Assembly (NCBI RefSeq): GCF_000315625.1
Contig: NW_005434596.1
Location: forward strand, 88,615-152,614
DNA: 64,000 bases
Source of the DNA: Guillardia theta CCMP2712
Lineage: Eukaryota > Protista > Cryptophyta
Direction of reading: 5' to 3'
Position numbers and translations under genes: made by a program
Notes under the pieces: generated by a model
Told to the model about the DNA's origin: nothing
Seen by the model: the letters and a program-made list of their open reading frames with translations, nothing else
Database searches by the model: none
Shown here: positions 40,176-57,895 of the stretch, in pieces
Numbering within the stretch: the first letter of the stretch is position 1
Layout: every line of letters begins with the position of its first letter

Positions 40176-43100
40176 TCAGTGTCTATACGTGCAGGCAGGA
40201 TGAATTTCAGACGGTTTGCGGGGAAAAGACCTTGTGTCAGAGAGATTCAACTTTGTCATCGTAAGCTTGCAAGGCTTTTGCCATCGCGTCCATCCCACTC
40301 TGCTATTTCTTGCCCCCCCGCACTTGCATATTTGCCCTCTTCGCCAGAGGTTTCCGTCCCATGAGGAGAGGACACGACCTTGTAGGTGATATAGATACAC
40401 TAGTAACACAGAGTTACCTGCTACTCATTACGTGCGCCTCTTTCTCCCTTCCCCGTTGAGGTCCCGGATGGCACTGGAGGCCTTGCGAACTAGCACACGG
40501 GCCCGCCATGCCACCAGAGGCTTCCTAAGGCTTGCCTGTAGCTTCATGAGCTGGTTCTGACATGTGAAGGCGAGACAAAATGTACCCGCTCATAGTGGAG
40601 GGAGGCGGAAAACCACTGCTCGACTGCGATCAAAGGAGTCAGGACCTGCCTCTCCCAACGTCCCAAGCACGAGTGATCTCACTGGTGAGGTTCATGTCGC
40701 AGAACGAAGGGAGCTCCTCCTCCTCCTCTCCCTCCTCCTCCTCCTCCTCCTCCTCCTCCTCCTCCTCGGCAGCAGGAGCAGGAGCAGGAGCAAGAGCAGG
40801 AGCAGCTGCCACATCCTGCAGCTCTGCTGTCTTGACAGAGCACTTTATGGCCTCAAGTTCCGAGTTGGTTTGGCTCGGCATGTCCTCTTGCTTCTTCTCT
40901 TCTCTAGCTCTCCTCCATCGCAGGAACACACTCGAAGCTTGCCTGCACGTGCTACGTCAGTGGAAATTCACGACAGTGACGGCGGTCACTTCTTCCTTTG
41001 CCGCAATCGAAAGAGACTTGACATCTGACTCATGACTCGCAGACGGGAGCGATCGCACTGCATTTCTTGTCAGCCTTTTGACAAGCAGCCATCTGGGAAA
41101 CCTGAAGTTCCAACCACAAAGAGAACGAGTTCCTCTTTCTCGCCATGGCCGTGTTTGCAAGTTTCGATAGAAGTTCGACTGATAGTGTACAATCAAGAGA
41201 GATAACGGACTGTTACAGAACAGCAAAGTCTGAAACAACCTTGGGTCAGTCGTAGTCTTTTCCACCGTCTGAATGTTTCAACTCTCAACTGAAGTTCCTT
41301 GCAGCATCTGACGCACGCTGGTCAACTACCTTTGATCTCGAGAGCATGGGTGAACCTGAGCTTGAATTGTAACTGAACGAGTTTCTTCTTGTGCTGGCTG
41401 AGTTTGACGTGTGATCTCAGATGACGGATCGATTCCTGTGGCAACGAGTGTGTCAATCAAAACATGAAAGATTCCAGCAATTTACCTCTTGCAGCTTCAC
41501 TCTCCAGTCATGCTGCTTCTTGTGGAATATCGCCATCGCCAGTCCTCTCGCCCTGCAGAGCATGTTCAGGAGCAGGAGGCGCAGAGGGCAAGGAACAACC
41601 TCCGCATGGTAGAGATGTGACATCGGATAGCAGAGATACAGTGCTGCAACAGGAGTGTGTGAGCCGAATCGATTCGTCAAGGGAGGACTTTGGTGCCTGT
41701 AGCAGCATCGGCTCGTGTCGCTGCCAGTGTTGAGCGCGAGCAATCTGAAGCATCTTCCTTGCATTGACAACTTCCTGCCGGAAGTGATTCTGGAGGAGAC
41801 GACCGAGTTACAGGAGCTCGACAGAAACTTTCCAACGCTCACCCACAAGAAGAAGTAGCAGCTCAAACATCTCTTCGCAACTCTCTTTCCCATCTGTCAA
41901 CACACGGTGATAAGGCGGAGCGGGTTTCAAGTGTTTCAGCAACCTCAACTACTATCATGTTCCACTTGAGATGCCTGAATGCTCTGCCTGTGTTCATAAA
42001 AGTCAAACTTGACACATCTGCTGACAACTACAGGCCACTTACATCTTAACCAACTCGACCAAATGAAGCTCGTCAAAAACGCTTTCTTCCGCGTCTGTTC
42101 CTCTATGCACACGTTGTCCAGAAGCACCTCCCATCCGAACATCAAACATCTTCTGTCCATCTGTCTTCTCCTACTCCTCATCGCATGCAAGACACCAGCT
42201 GTCTTTCTCCACTCTTGCAGCCTGCGCGCCACAACCCGGGCCGCAAGAATGTTGCGAAACTTATGAACGCGAACTGATTCAATCTGCTTGCAGCATTGGA
42301 AGTAAGTGAGCCAAGCTCTAGTATGTCGGAGCAGAACTTGGATCCTGAAGAGGAACGCTGCTTCGCCTCTCTGACCAATCTTGTACTTCCTGTACTGCAC
42401 GTACTTGCGGAGTGACCTAAGAGTTCTATCCACCAGCCTTGTGTATGATACCAAGACAGACTTACACACTTGCGCCCATTCGTGCATCGTTGTCTTCAAT
42501 CTTCTCTGCCTCAATTCGAGTTCGAACTCGCCAGCAACCTCATCATATCTCTTCGCTATCGCCTTCTTGTCCAACACAAGGGACCACCGAGCAAAAGAAC
42601 CCCACAAAAGCTCGACCACGACATCGTTGAGAATCCGATGCCATCTGATGAGTGTAGATCGCTGCAACCTTCTTTTCCAAGAGAAAAGGCATGACAGAAG
42701 TTTCTGTCTGCCACCTCCCTGCTCCCTCGAAGCTCTTTGCCATCCACGGAGAACCCTTCGAATGCTCAGGTCGTCAAGAGTCCTACTGCCAGCATGCAGC
42801 TCTTGCGCAGCGTTTGCAGAGCTTGAGAGTGACAGGAGAAGATCTTCAAACGGTTTCGAAGATTGAACGAAACTAAGGAGCGCAGAAGGATTGATCCTTG
42901 CATCTATCCCTGCCATCATGCTCACCACCTGTTCGACCTCCTGCTCCACCAGCGCTGCAGCATGGAAGCCGCAAGGCAGGAACTCGAAGTTCTGATCAGC
43001 CAGCATGGAGCTGTGCATGCTCAAGGACTGCTTCTGCCTTGACCTCTGCTCCTGCTTCCCTGCCTCTCCCTTCCTACCCCCCATTCCCTCCTTGTCCTGG

Positions 43101-43210
43101 CACGGGCATGAGCGCGCCAGATGCTTACTGACAGTTCTCTGCCTTGTTAATCCTTGTATTAAAGAGACTGAGGCGAGCTGGAAAATTCGTTTAGAAAGCG
43201 CAGATACCAA
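40176..43210 (-). CDS. Sfi1-like centrin-binding repeat protein; boundaries approximate
   Basis: Periodic hydrophobic-xx-W-basic repeats: VLRGWQR, LFSWKR, LIRWHR, FARWS, MHEWAQ, TRAWL, LQEWRK, YFFLWV, FLRWRR and LVAWRAR. Confidence 0.55.
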
Positions 43211-43551
43211 TTATTGAAGCCAGTCCCCCTCAGAGTATCACATATCGTCATAACAAGGCAAAACGATTGAAGGCTTCAATCAGTTCACGGTACGGTAGTA
43301 AGTGCCATTGGGCCAGTGCTGGGCCCCAGCAGCCGGGGGCAGTGGCCGCAGGGGAGGGTCTTTACTAACTGTAGTAAGTTAATATTCTGCGAACCCTCCA
43401 ACTGTCCCGGAGCTCCAGAGCCTCTCGGTAGCAGCAGGAGAGTCTCTCAGGTACCTGAAGGATGGCAGAACGATGGTCAGTCTGTGGCAGCGACAAGCAG
43501 GAGAGAAGAGGAGGGGGAAGGGAGGGAGAAGGAGGGGGAAGGGGAAGAATC

Positions 43552-46500
43552 TCACGGGTTCTCGTAGGCGCCTACGTACGCCTGCGGTGCAGCAACCTCG
43601 AGACTCTCGGGCTGTTCGACGTCCTCGACCTCATGAGGCTGCGGGAAGCATGTGTAAGGTAAGGAGGAGAAGTAGGTGGGGGAAGAGAAGACAAGAAGGG
43701 AGGGAGGGAGGGAGGGAGGGAGGGACGAGGGAGGGACGAGGAGGAGGGAGAAAAGGGAGGAGCAAGAACGAAAGGAGCAGTTGGCCCTGGAGCAGGATCT
43801 GAAGAGGCTCCAACCTCCCAGCGGGGATTCACGACGATGAGGTTGTCCCTCAGCATGGGAATGAGGAGGATCAAGATGATAACGAAGAAGCCGGCCAGGG
43901 GAGCCTGCAAGGGAGTGAGTGCTGCTGCTGCTGCTGCTGGAGAGCAGGGGCAGACGGGGAGAGGAAGGAGGAAGGAGGAAGCTGGAAGGAGTAAGCAGGA
44001 AGGAGGGAAGAGCAAGGAAGCGAGGAAGGGGCGATGCAGCAGGGCCAAGAAGGGAGAGGGAGGGGAAGTTGGCAGACTCACATAGCTGAGCAGCTCAGCG
44101 CCCTGCACTCTCAGCCAGCAGCCGAAGGCCAACTGCCTTGACAGTGAGGAAGAAGAAGAAAGAGAAAGAGAATGAGACCAGAGCAATGCCGGAGATAAGG
44201 ACGAGCGCGAAGAGAGCGGCAGAAGTCTGTCAGGAGAGGGTAAGTCAGTGCGGAGGAGGAGGAGGAGGAGGAGGAGGAGGAGGAGGAGGAGGAGGAGGAG
44301 GAGGAGGAGGAGGAGGAGGAGGAGGAGGAGGAGGAGGAGGAGGAGGAGGAGGAGGAGGAGGAGGAAAGATTGCTCAGACCTGCCACTTGTCCGTGTAGTA
44401 GCGGAGAACAAGAAATCCAGCAATGAAGGGCAGGATAAGAGGGACAGTGACCGCAAACATGATCCCACTGCGAGCATGGTACCGTCACAAGTCAGACTAC
44501 ATTTCCAACTTTCAGCAAGTCGATTCTCAGCTCACATGGCCAGGACGGAGATCATGGACGAGTAGAAGAAGGCGAAGTCGAACTCCCACGACAGCTCCTG
44601 CTCGTGCCCATCTGCACAGTCCCCTCAGTCTCACTCTCAGCTGCCGTCAGCTCCACCTGAGGCCCAGTTGATCAGGGCAGGGGTCGTCGTGTGGAAGAGG
44701 AAGTAGAAGGAAGCTGAGAGGAAAGCAGCCTGGACGTGCTGGTTCGTCAGGGTTGAAGGTGTGTGAGAGGCACAACGACCTGCGCTACGTACTCGACAAA
44801 GAAAGACGTCGAGGAGCCGTACTGCAATCATTCCTGATGTGACTGGCAGGAGGAGGAGGAGGAGGAGGAGGAGGAGGAGGAGGAGGAGGAGGAGGAGGAG
44901 GAGGAGGAGGAGTAGAGGAGGGGGCAGGAGGCTCCAAGTTACCAGGAGAATCTGAGCGAACAATTGGTCCACGGGCGTCGAGAAGATAACGTTGAAGAGT
45001 TCATCCAGACCGCTGCAGGGGAAGTGAACGAATTGAGGGCTGTAGCACCGAAGCAGCACACCTGAGAGACAGGGCAGGGACAAGAAGGAGGTTGGAAACC
45101 ATGAAAAAGAATATGAGGTTGAACGAAGATCGCCTCATGGTAGAGACTGCAAACATGCATATCGTGAGGACAGTCGATGGGAGTAGCCACGTGCGGCCCG
45201 ATCCCGTCCTCTAGGTGACCTTGTCTGTGACCGAAGAACTTCACGCTCGCATGCACCATGTATGGCATCAGGATCACGTTAACCAAAAGGACCTGAGGAG
45301 ATCGAGGTCAAGGATTATTAGAAGGAGAAGAGAGCCTCAAGAATGAGTATGAGTATGAGTATGAGCATGAGTATGAGTATGACGATGATGAGTTTAGTAT
45401 GATAGTGATGACGATGATGATGATGACAGTTGATCGGCACACTGACCAGGAAGGGCCAAAGGATATTAGCAAAGAAGAGAACAATCCTGTTGAAGCGCGA
45501 TTGCCTGTTCAATGACGTCAGACCATTGCGATGGTGTTGGGCTGAAGCTCTACGTCGAGGAGACGGCAAAGTAGCTCTCATAGGATCCTGAGCTCCTGGA
45601 GGTTGCCGAGTTCTGATGGAGGATACTTCAGGGAAGAAAAGGAAGGAGGGGAGGAAGAGCAGGAGAAAGAGAAGAGGGAGAAGGAGGACTAGGAAGGGAG
45701 AGGTGGAGAAGAAGTGATAGTCAAACGAGAAAGGTGGACTGTATCTTGGAAGGAGCAGACAGGAGACAGGAATAGAGGGAGGACTACAGAGAGGAGGAGA
45801 GGAGGCAGGAGAGGAAGGAGGGGAAGAAGAGGGAGGAGGAGGTAACCTCAATGCTTTCAACATTTTCGATCGTCTTGTCGCCGATCGCGAGGAAGAGCTG
45901 AGAATTCTCAGAGGCACGAAGAGGTCAAGAGCAAGACCCTCACTTGAAGGAGGAAGATTGGCGTCACGATCGAGCTGGACCCCAGGTGTTAGGAAGGGAA
46001 AACGTGTAACATTTCCCTCCTCCCTACCTCAGCGCCACGAAGAGGATCAGAGTCCAGGTGAAGCTCAGCATGAAGTGGTGGATCCTGCCATATCTGCACA
46101 GGGGGGCTCAACAGACCGGCAGCACGCAGGAGCTCGGCAGGAGACCTCAAGTTCCTCCAAAAGACATCCTCGGGCTAAGACAGGAGGGTTAGTTTCGGGT
46201 GTTCTGTGAGTCACAGGGAGGAGGGGGAAAGGGAAGTTGGAAGGGGGGAAAAGGGAGGCAGCAAATTCAGGAGGCACAAGGGAAGCTGACTGAGAGGGGA
46301 AAGAAGAGTACCTTGCATGCCATTGTGATAGACCAGCTCTGAGCGCTGCGGCAGAGCTGAGGAAAACAAAATCGTCAGGATGGCAATCGTCATGGATGGA
46401 TCAGAAATGAATAGCAAGCTCGTGTTCTGCTACGACCAGATCGACTACATCGGGGTCTACCTGCATCTTTCTGCCGATCGCTGGCTGGCTGAACTCACTC

Positions 46501-48390
46501 TGGGCCTTTTGGACGTTCTGCAGACCTCAAGCGTCAGCACTCAAGACTCCAACATTCGGGCTTCTTGCCCTAAATGCATTGACGGCTGCGATGGCGCTCT
46601 TGCGATCTTTGAAGACAACGAAGGCTGAAGGGACGGTAAGAGCATCGAGTTCCAGCCGCACTCCTTGTACCTGTCCCTGTTCCCATCCTCTCTTTCTTCC
46701 TCTGCAGCGCGTTCATCTGCATAATTTCAAGTGAGCCCCTTAAAAGGCGACGCAAATCGCTCCACCTCCTCCTCAGCCTTCTTAAGATCCCCTTCTAGGT
46801 GGTCGATGGCGTCGACCCATTCCCCCATGTACATGAAGGAGAAAAATCCAGTCTGGAGCACAAACACAGGACGTTTACTGCCCATGAAGTCATGGATTGC
46901 ATGCCGACCTGCATCTGCGGTCGAGTCCCGTCGTTCTCCGCCTGCTGCTTGTACCTGGCCAGCTGTATAGGTCGAGCTAAGACCAGCCGCTGCGGCAAAG
47001 GGCACAGAGGTAGAGGTAGAGGTAGACCTTCTTGTGGAGGACACGATGATTCTCCACCAGATCCACCTGCATCGATGGCGTCAGGACCAACGGCAGGTGC
47101 CCAAACCTCCAACGCACCAGGTCCGTCACGTCAAGGGAGACAGACACGTCCAGGACCTGACAGGAGCGATCTTCAAACTCCAAGAGCATCGAGGGCATAC
47201 ATCCACAACCTTCCCTTGCGTGTCCGGGCAGGCGTCGAACATGGTTCGCAGCTCCTCCTGCCTCACCGGAGGGATCAATCTCAGGCCCTGCAGATAGGTC
47301 ATGTCCTGCTGGGCGAGATTTCACAGCTGTTCAAGACCTGGATTTCGACAGTGTACGCCTGTAAAGCGCAAACGCGTCTTAGATAATTGCAAGCACTCAC
47401 TCACTCTCCTGTTCTTACCTGAACAGGAGGAATGGCTCCTTCGCCATACTCTCCCTGCCGATCACACGTCAGCTTGTGTTCAAATATGGAGGATGTGACA
47501 GAAAGACCTTGGCGTTAGCAACCATCCTCGTTCGGAGGAAGTACACGATAGCGCACAGGCTTCCTGTGGTCCAGACTAATCACACATCCTCACCAGGCAA
47601 GGTCTGAACAACCGGCCAAGAAAACAGCGACCATGGTATGAAACAGAAGCGCGCTGGAGGGCGAAGCGAATCCGTTGGAGGTTGTGATGACGAATGAATC
47701 CAGCGGATACCAAGACTGAGCAGCGACACACTGGTCACTGGCATCGCCTGAATGACAGGAGGCACTGTCCTGACCTTCTTGGTTGTGAGGAGATTCATCG
47801 GAACGAGCACAGCAACCCCTAGGAATGCAATGACCTGTCATGCACGTTCAGCCCATCAGCGCAGCATGCAGAGGCGTTACAGAGAAGAAGACAGTCATGC
47901 TCCAGGTGAAGTCGAGGTACAGACGAGCCTCCAGCCCGGCAAGATGATGGACAGTATCGTCGTCAGCCTGCCGACATGTGAGAAAAGCACTCCCACCATC
48001 TCCCGTCACACCTGCGCAGTATCGACTAGGAAGGGGACGGGGTCAGCCACGAAGGTGCCAAGTTCCTGCAAGCAGAAGTTCAAGAGAGCATGCAGTCAAA
48101 CTCGATGCTCCTCTTGCTTCACCCACCTGACAGCAACCCTCGTCCACCACGTCCTCTTCGCTCCCCGAGACAGCTTTGTCCTCTGAGGACGCCAGCGGTC
48201 TTCTCTCAGGGTTTCTCCTTCTCCTGTGTGGAGGGTTGAGCTGTGCTGCTCATTGAGGGAGAGGGCAAGGACACCTGTAGTTCCTCGCGGCGAAGAAGCA
48301 TGCGGCAGCGAAAATCAAGAAGTAGAGTACAAGGTGAAGACCGAAGTTGATCATGACCGAATGCCATGAGCCGCCCCATGGACCGATCAT
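43552..48390 (-). CDS. CSC1/OSCA/TMEM63 calcium-permeable osmo/mechanosensitive channel, many exons
   Basis: First TM INFGLHLVLYFLIF; GLEARLYLDF...LVPMN; RP...GFF...GEWVDAIDHL; WSITMACK|PEDVFWRNL; EFDFAFFYS; last exon ...GAYENP*. Confidence 0.75.
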
Positions 48391-49001
48391 GGTGATAGCT
48401 TGAGACTTGGAGGACAGTTGAGCTCAAGTGCGTCTTGATAGAGGTGCTAAGACAGGCGCTTCACTGCCGGCCTTGCTCCATCGCTAGCACAAGCCGGAAT
48501 TAGAACAAAGCACTCACGCACGTCATGGTGCCCTCTCAGACATATCTTGACACCCATGTCTCACAGCTATGACCTCTCTCTCCTCTCCTCCTCTCCTCCT
48601 CTCTTCTTCTCTCCTCTCCTCCTCTCTTCTCTCCTCCATTCTTTCATTGCCCTACAATTCCAGCATCTTCTATTTGCCTATCCTGCCTGCCATCGAAAAG
48701 GCGCTGACAACCCAACCCGTATGACCCCACTAGTAAATGTTTGACCCCTCCATTTCACAAGAAGGGTGCTATAATCGTATGGGTGTAACTACCACCCCAC
48801 CCTTCGGAAGCAAGCGTGTTTGTGGGAGCATCGAAAATGAATCAGGCAGAGGCGAGGGGGAAAGGATGGAGGGGAACAGGGAGGAGAGGAGAGGGGAGAA
48901 TGCAGCGAGAGGAGAGGAGCCAGGAGCAAGATGTTGAGGCTACGACTTTGGCCAGGAGCAGGATGCAGAGTCGTGTCCACTGACATGCTTGCAGGACCGG
49001 C

Positions 49002-53375
<4,374 letters not shown>

Positions 53376-53669
53376 AGAGAAGAGAGAAATCAAGCAGAGC
53401 AGAGTCAAGGAGGAGGGAGAGGAGGAAGAGGAGGGAGTTGGAGAGGAGGTAGCAGTGGAGGAGAGGACCCGCAGGAGCAGGAACTCTGAGGGGGAACAGT
53501 GGGAACAAAAAGAGGAGCAGGGTGATGTTGGATAAGGAGGATGGAGGAGGAGGAGGAGGATGGCAGGGAGGATAAGGGCATAAAGGTTGGGGAGGCGAGG
53601 GAAGGAGGTGGAGGGTTTCATTGTAGACAGGAGGAGGGGGTTTCTATTCTTTGATTTGTTTGTAAATTT

Positions 53670-55173
53670 TCATTCAGTCAGCTCCTCGACCGAGGTGACG
53701 ATCTTCGTCTGAACATCGTGCCTCCTCTCCTCCTCTCCACCCTTGCCCGCCGTCTCCTCCTCCTCCTTGTGCTCCTTCTTCGGAGTCTCTTGCCGTCCGG
53801 GTCTTCCTGCTGGGGCCGTCAGGCATCCAAGGTAAAGAAAGCAACATGTCACCTAGCTTTGCCATCCTGTGCACATCATACTTGTAGATTGCCTGCATAC
53901 CACCATGAATTTCGTTCTTGTCTTCTCCTCTCCTCCCCTCCCCTCCCCTCCCCTCTGCTCTCCTGCCTCCCTCCCTCCCCTCTCATTCCATCCATTCTTC
54001 CTTTCCCCTACCTTGCTAACTGTCTATGCATACATCTTCCTCCAGCACCACCACCTCGCCACCATCACATCTCCCCCACCCTCACATTCGCCTCCTCCTC
54101 CTCCTCCTCCTCCTCCTCCTCTCACTCTCGCGTCATCGGCTGTTCCCGTCAGCTCATCGTCGTCAAAGTGCAACTTGGTGAGGGATGGGATGTCGTACTT
54201 CTGTCCTCCCAGCGCCTGCAGCTGCTCTGAGCGGGGCAGACTAGAGAAGGAAGCGGGGGAAAGGGGGGGGGCGACAGGAGATGAGGACAGGAGGGAGGGA
54301 AAGAAGGAGAGGAGGTAGAGGAGGAAGGGCGAGGGCGAGGGCGAGGGCGGGGTCGAAAGAGGGAAGAGTAGGAGAGGGAGAGGGAGAGGAAGAGAGAAGC
54401 GAAGGAGAAGAGAAGGGGGAGGGGGAGCGGGAGAGAGGCGGAGAAGGAGAGGGAAAGGGAGAGGGAGAGGGAGAGGCAGCAGTAGGAGGGAAGTAGCGAC
54501 CTTTTCTTGGAGGAGAGAGCCTCTGAATGTTGCTGCTGTCTTGTTTCTGCTCTTGTAAGAGACCTTGGCGCTGATCGCCAGCTCCGGTCGGGCAACCCAC
54601 TCCCTTGCGAATGCTCGTTCCATGTCGGTCTGCCAGCAGATCAGCGGGAGAAGAAGCAGGAGGAAGAGGGAATCGAGCTGGCGATGGTGATGATGAAATC
54701 GGGAGGAGGAGGAGGAGGAGGAGGAGGAGGAAAGGGAGGAGGAGGAGGGGGGGGAAGGGGAGGAGGAGGAGGAGGAGGTTTGCCGCTGGAGAACTGCATC
54801 TCACCGACAAATTCTTCAAGTTCTGCATCAAAACGTCCTTGGCGTTGACGTAGGACTTCTCGAAGGTCGATCGAATGCCAGTAATCTGGTCGGAGAGAGG
54901 ACCAAAAGGAGAGTTTGAAGGAGGGGGCGATCAAGGGACGGGGGAGATGGGCAGGGAGGAGGGGAAGAAGAAGGAGAGGGGGAAAGAGTGAAGGACAAAT
55001 ACAACCATGATCAATATCAATCTCATCGTAAGTCACCTCACCTTCTCGTCTACATTCCGTTTCTCCTGGGCGATTTTTTGCTCGAGTTGTTTGCGTCTCA
55101 CTTCCTGCTCGCCCAAGTCAAACCCGCGGATCAAAACATTTCTCAATGACATGGTCAACTTCATCTTCAATAT

Positions 55174-55205
<32 letters not shown>

Positions 55206-56553
55206 CTACATTACGTCATTTCGACACAAGGCTGATTCGAGTGCCTCCAACACCCCCCCCCAGGTCTCACCTGCTTGTCAAGAATACTTTTCTTCCAACT
55301 TTCCTCCTCCTGCATTTTTCCAGCCTGCAAACATTCACGATATCAGCAGGAGATGAATGAAGATCAGTAGATCAGGACAGCAAGCAGTGAACTACAACAG
55401 TAAAGTAATAGTAAAGTAACATTTGAATTCATTATGAAAAGGTGAAAGGACCAAAAAGATGGTAACGATGATGATCATGAATATCGGGATAGAGTTAAGA
55501 TTTGAGAAAGGTACTTTCACTTACCTCGACTCTCTTGTGTAGCAGCAGCACATCATTGTACATCTCAGCCTGGAAGCACATCAAGGTGAGCTGAACAACG
55601 AATCCCCTCCCACTCAACCTGCGCGAGTTTCTTCCCCTGTTTGATCATGTCTCGTATGAGAGGGGAGAACTTCACAGGAGGGATCTGATGGCACAGTCTC
55701 AGCTCCTCCTCCTCCCTCCACCATTTCCCTCACCCTCTCCGCCGCCACGTGCTCCTCGAAGTGATGACGCTGCGCTTCAGCCTTCTCCTGCGGTGAACCA
55801 GTGGGGATGAGGAGGGGGTGGCAGGAGGCAGCAGCATCGTTACATTGACAGCCTCCAGCAGGCTTGCACAGTGAGTCTCCATCTCCTTCCGCTTGTGAAG
55901 CCACTCCTCTTCGAACTCCTGACAAGACAAGGCCATCAGTATCCATGCTGGAGGGGCAGGTGGCTGGTTCCAATAGCAGCAGGTCACGGGGGCCACCCAA
56001 ACACCCGCTAGAGGACGAAACGCTCGAGGCGAGGTCACGATGTGATGCCATGGAGAAGCGAGCGGGCAGGCAAGGCATGCGCATGATTCCTACCTGCATC
56101 TTGATCCCTAGCGAACGGTTCAGCATCTTGGTTTCAGACTGAGAGCACCAAGGGGTCAGTTCACGTTGCCAGTGAAACTGTTAGAAGCTTCTGCACCTCC
56201 TGCCGGCTCTTCTCGTCTGCACGCAGGATTTCCATCATCTTCTTCTCGCGCTCAGTCGCTTCCAACGCCTTCTTCTCGGCATTCATGTAGAACCGCACTA
56301 TCCACAATTGGTTCACATTAGCATAGGGAGGTAGGGGGCGGAAGGACAGAACTGACCAGCCTCTCTTGATCCTTCTGTCTCGAAGCCCTTCACCGAAGAA
56401 GCATGCGCTTCCTTCCTGATCACCCGCCTAGAAAACCCGCAGGTCATTCACGGGCTAACGTCACAAGCTTTTTTCCTCTACTTACACAGAAGGGTCTCGC
56501 CCACCATCCGGTCGGATGGTCCTCCTGCTGTAGGTCAAGTGCTTCTTCTCCAT
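53670..56553 (-). CDS. Multi-exon coiled-coil protein of unknown function
   Basis: Charged helical exons (FYMNAEKKALEATEREKKMMEIL, EFEEEWLHKRKEME, EVRRKQLEQKIAQEKR) with GT-AG borders. Confidence 0.45.
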
Positions 56554-57316
56554 CGTTCTGCTGCCTGTAGCGCCTTGTTGTATCACCCCTGTCTCCCTCC
56601 CTTCCTTCCCTCCCCTCTCTCTCCCCTCTCTCTTCCCTTTCTCGTCTTGCCTTTCAACGGCTGACGCTTGCTGAGTGACCCTCATCCCCGCTTAACAGCT
56701 GAGTCACAGCCGCCCGGGCTGCCGCCCGGGCCCCGGCGGCCTGCGGCCGGGCCGCCGTGCCGGTTCCCCCCGGGCTACCCGGCGGCCCGCCGGTGCGCCG
56801 GCCCTGGCAGCCGGCCGCGGCTGAGGCTGAGCCTCGGAGTGAGGTCCGACGGTCCTGCGAGCTACCGTACCGTGCCGCAAGTAAATATATAAACTGAGAA
56901 ATATAATAGATATATCTCGTGTGCATACTGACCGTACTATTGCACTGAATGCATATATGTAGAAATGGGAAAAAGAAGTACAAACTAGCAATAGTATGTG
57001 GTCGACAGAACTTCATCTGTTGGTACGATCATTATGGGTGGGGTACATTTTATATGCATCTTCCGTAGTGATAGTATGGTGGGGGAGATATAATCCTACA
57101 TGGATCGGGTGGGTACACAATCCCACAAACTCCTTTATCTTCAACCTACCCCCACTTCCCCCCTCCAAGTACCCATCCCTCCCTCATACACAGTACTCGA
57201 TACTCGCGAACACCGGTTCATTTCCCTGTGCTTTGACCCCTACTTACCTACCAATAACCCCTTCCCTCTTTTTAAAACTCCCCCAAGAGTTGGAGCACGA
57301 GTGTACAAACCTGTTC

Positions 57317-57895
57317 ATGCTGACAGAGCTGCTGAGGAGAATCCTGCTGTTGTTCCGTGCTGATCACAGCTTAAGGGATCCCCCACAAGAGCAGCTGGTT
57401 GAAGGATACCTAGCAGTGTATCCTGATCACGATCAGCACGATCTTCCCGAAGATCAGCTGGTCGAGGGTTATGTAGTCCTGCCTGACTACCAGGAGGATG
57501 GTCAACTGGCCACCTCCTCTGACCCAGAGCCTCAGGAAGAGAATCAAGAAGATGATGATTCTCCTTCAACAGACGATGAGGACGAGGCAGGCAGTAATGC
57601 AGAGTCTGACGACGTTGCCCAAGGGCAACCCGTCCCCATGGTGGTGCAGGCTCCCCAGCCGCCCATGGCGGTGCCACCGCAGGCTCCCCAGCCGCCCATG
57701 GCGGTGCCACCGCAGGCTCCCCAGCCGCCCATGGCGGTGCCACCGCAGGCTCCCCAGCCGCCCATGGCGGTGCCACCGCAGGCTCCACAGCCTCATATCA
57801 TAGGAGTCTGTGTGACGACAGGAAACCCTTGCAGTAGATGCGTGCATCATCACGGATGTCGATGGGCAAGGCAAGGGAGGCCTGGGCATATTTGA
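57317..57895 (+). CDS. Orphan intronless acidic/Pro-rich protein with C-terminal Cys/His cluster
   Basis: Open frame with duplicated QLVEGY, an acidic tract, QAPQPPMAVPP repeats and CVTTGNPCSRCVHHHGCRW...GH; AT-rich 3' flank with AATAAA. Confidence 0.55.
   Translation: MLTELLRRILLLFRADHSLRDPPQEQLVEGYLAVYPDHDQHDLPEDQLVEGYVVLPDYQEDGQLATSSDPEPQEENQEDDDSPSTDDEDEAGSNAESDDVAQGQPVPMVVQAPQPPMAVPPQAPQPPMAVPPQAPQPPMAVPPQAPQPPMAVPPQAPQPHIIGVCVTTGNPCSRCVHHHGCRWARQGRPGHI
57647..57792 (+). repeat. 33-bp coding minisatellite, 4 full copies plus a partial copy
   Basis: Unit caggctccccagccgcccatggcggtgccaccg. Confidence 0.92.

Noticed and set aside
43462-43662. Plus-strand 66-aa ORF
   Set aside because: Antisense to the inferred last CSC1/OSCA exon (…GAYENP*).
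57647-57792. CRISPR-like 33-bp repeats
   Set aside because: Head-to-tail with no spacers, in frame in an ORF, no cas genes, and eukaryotic context.
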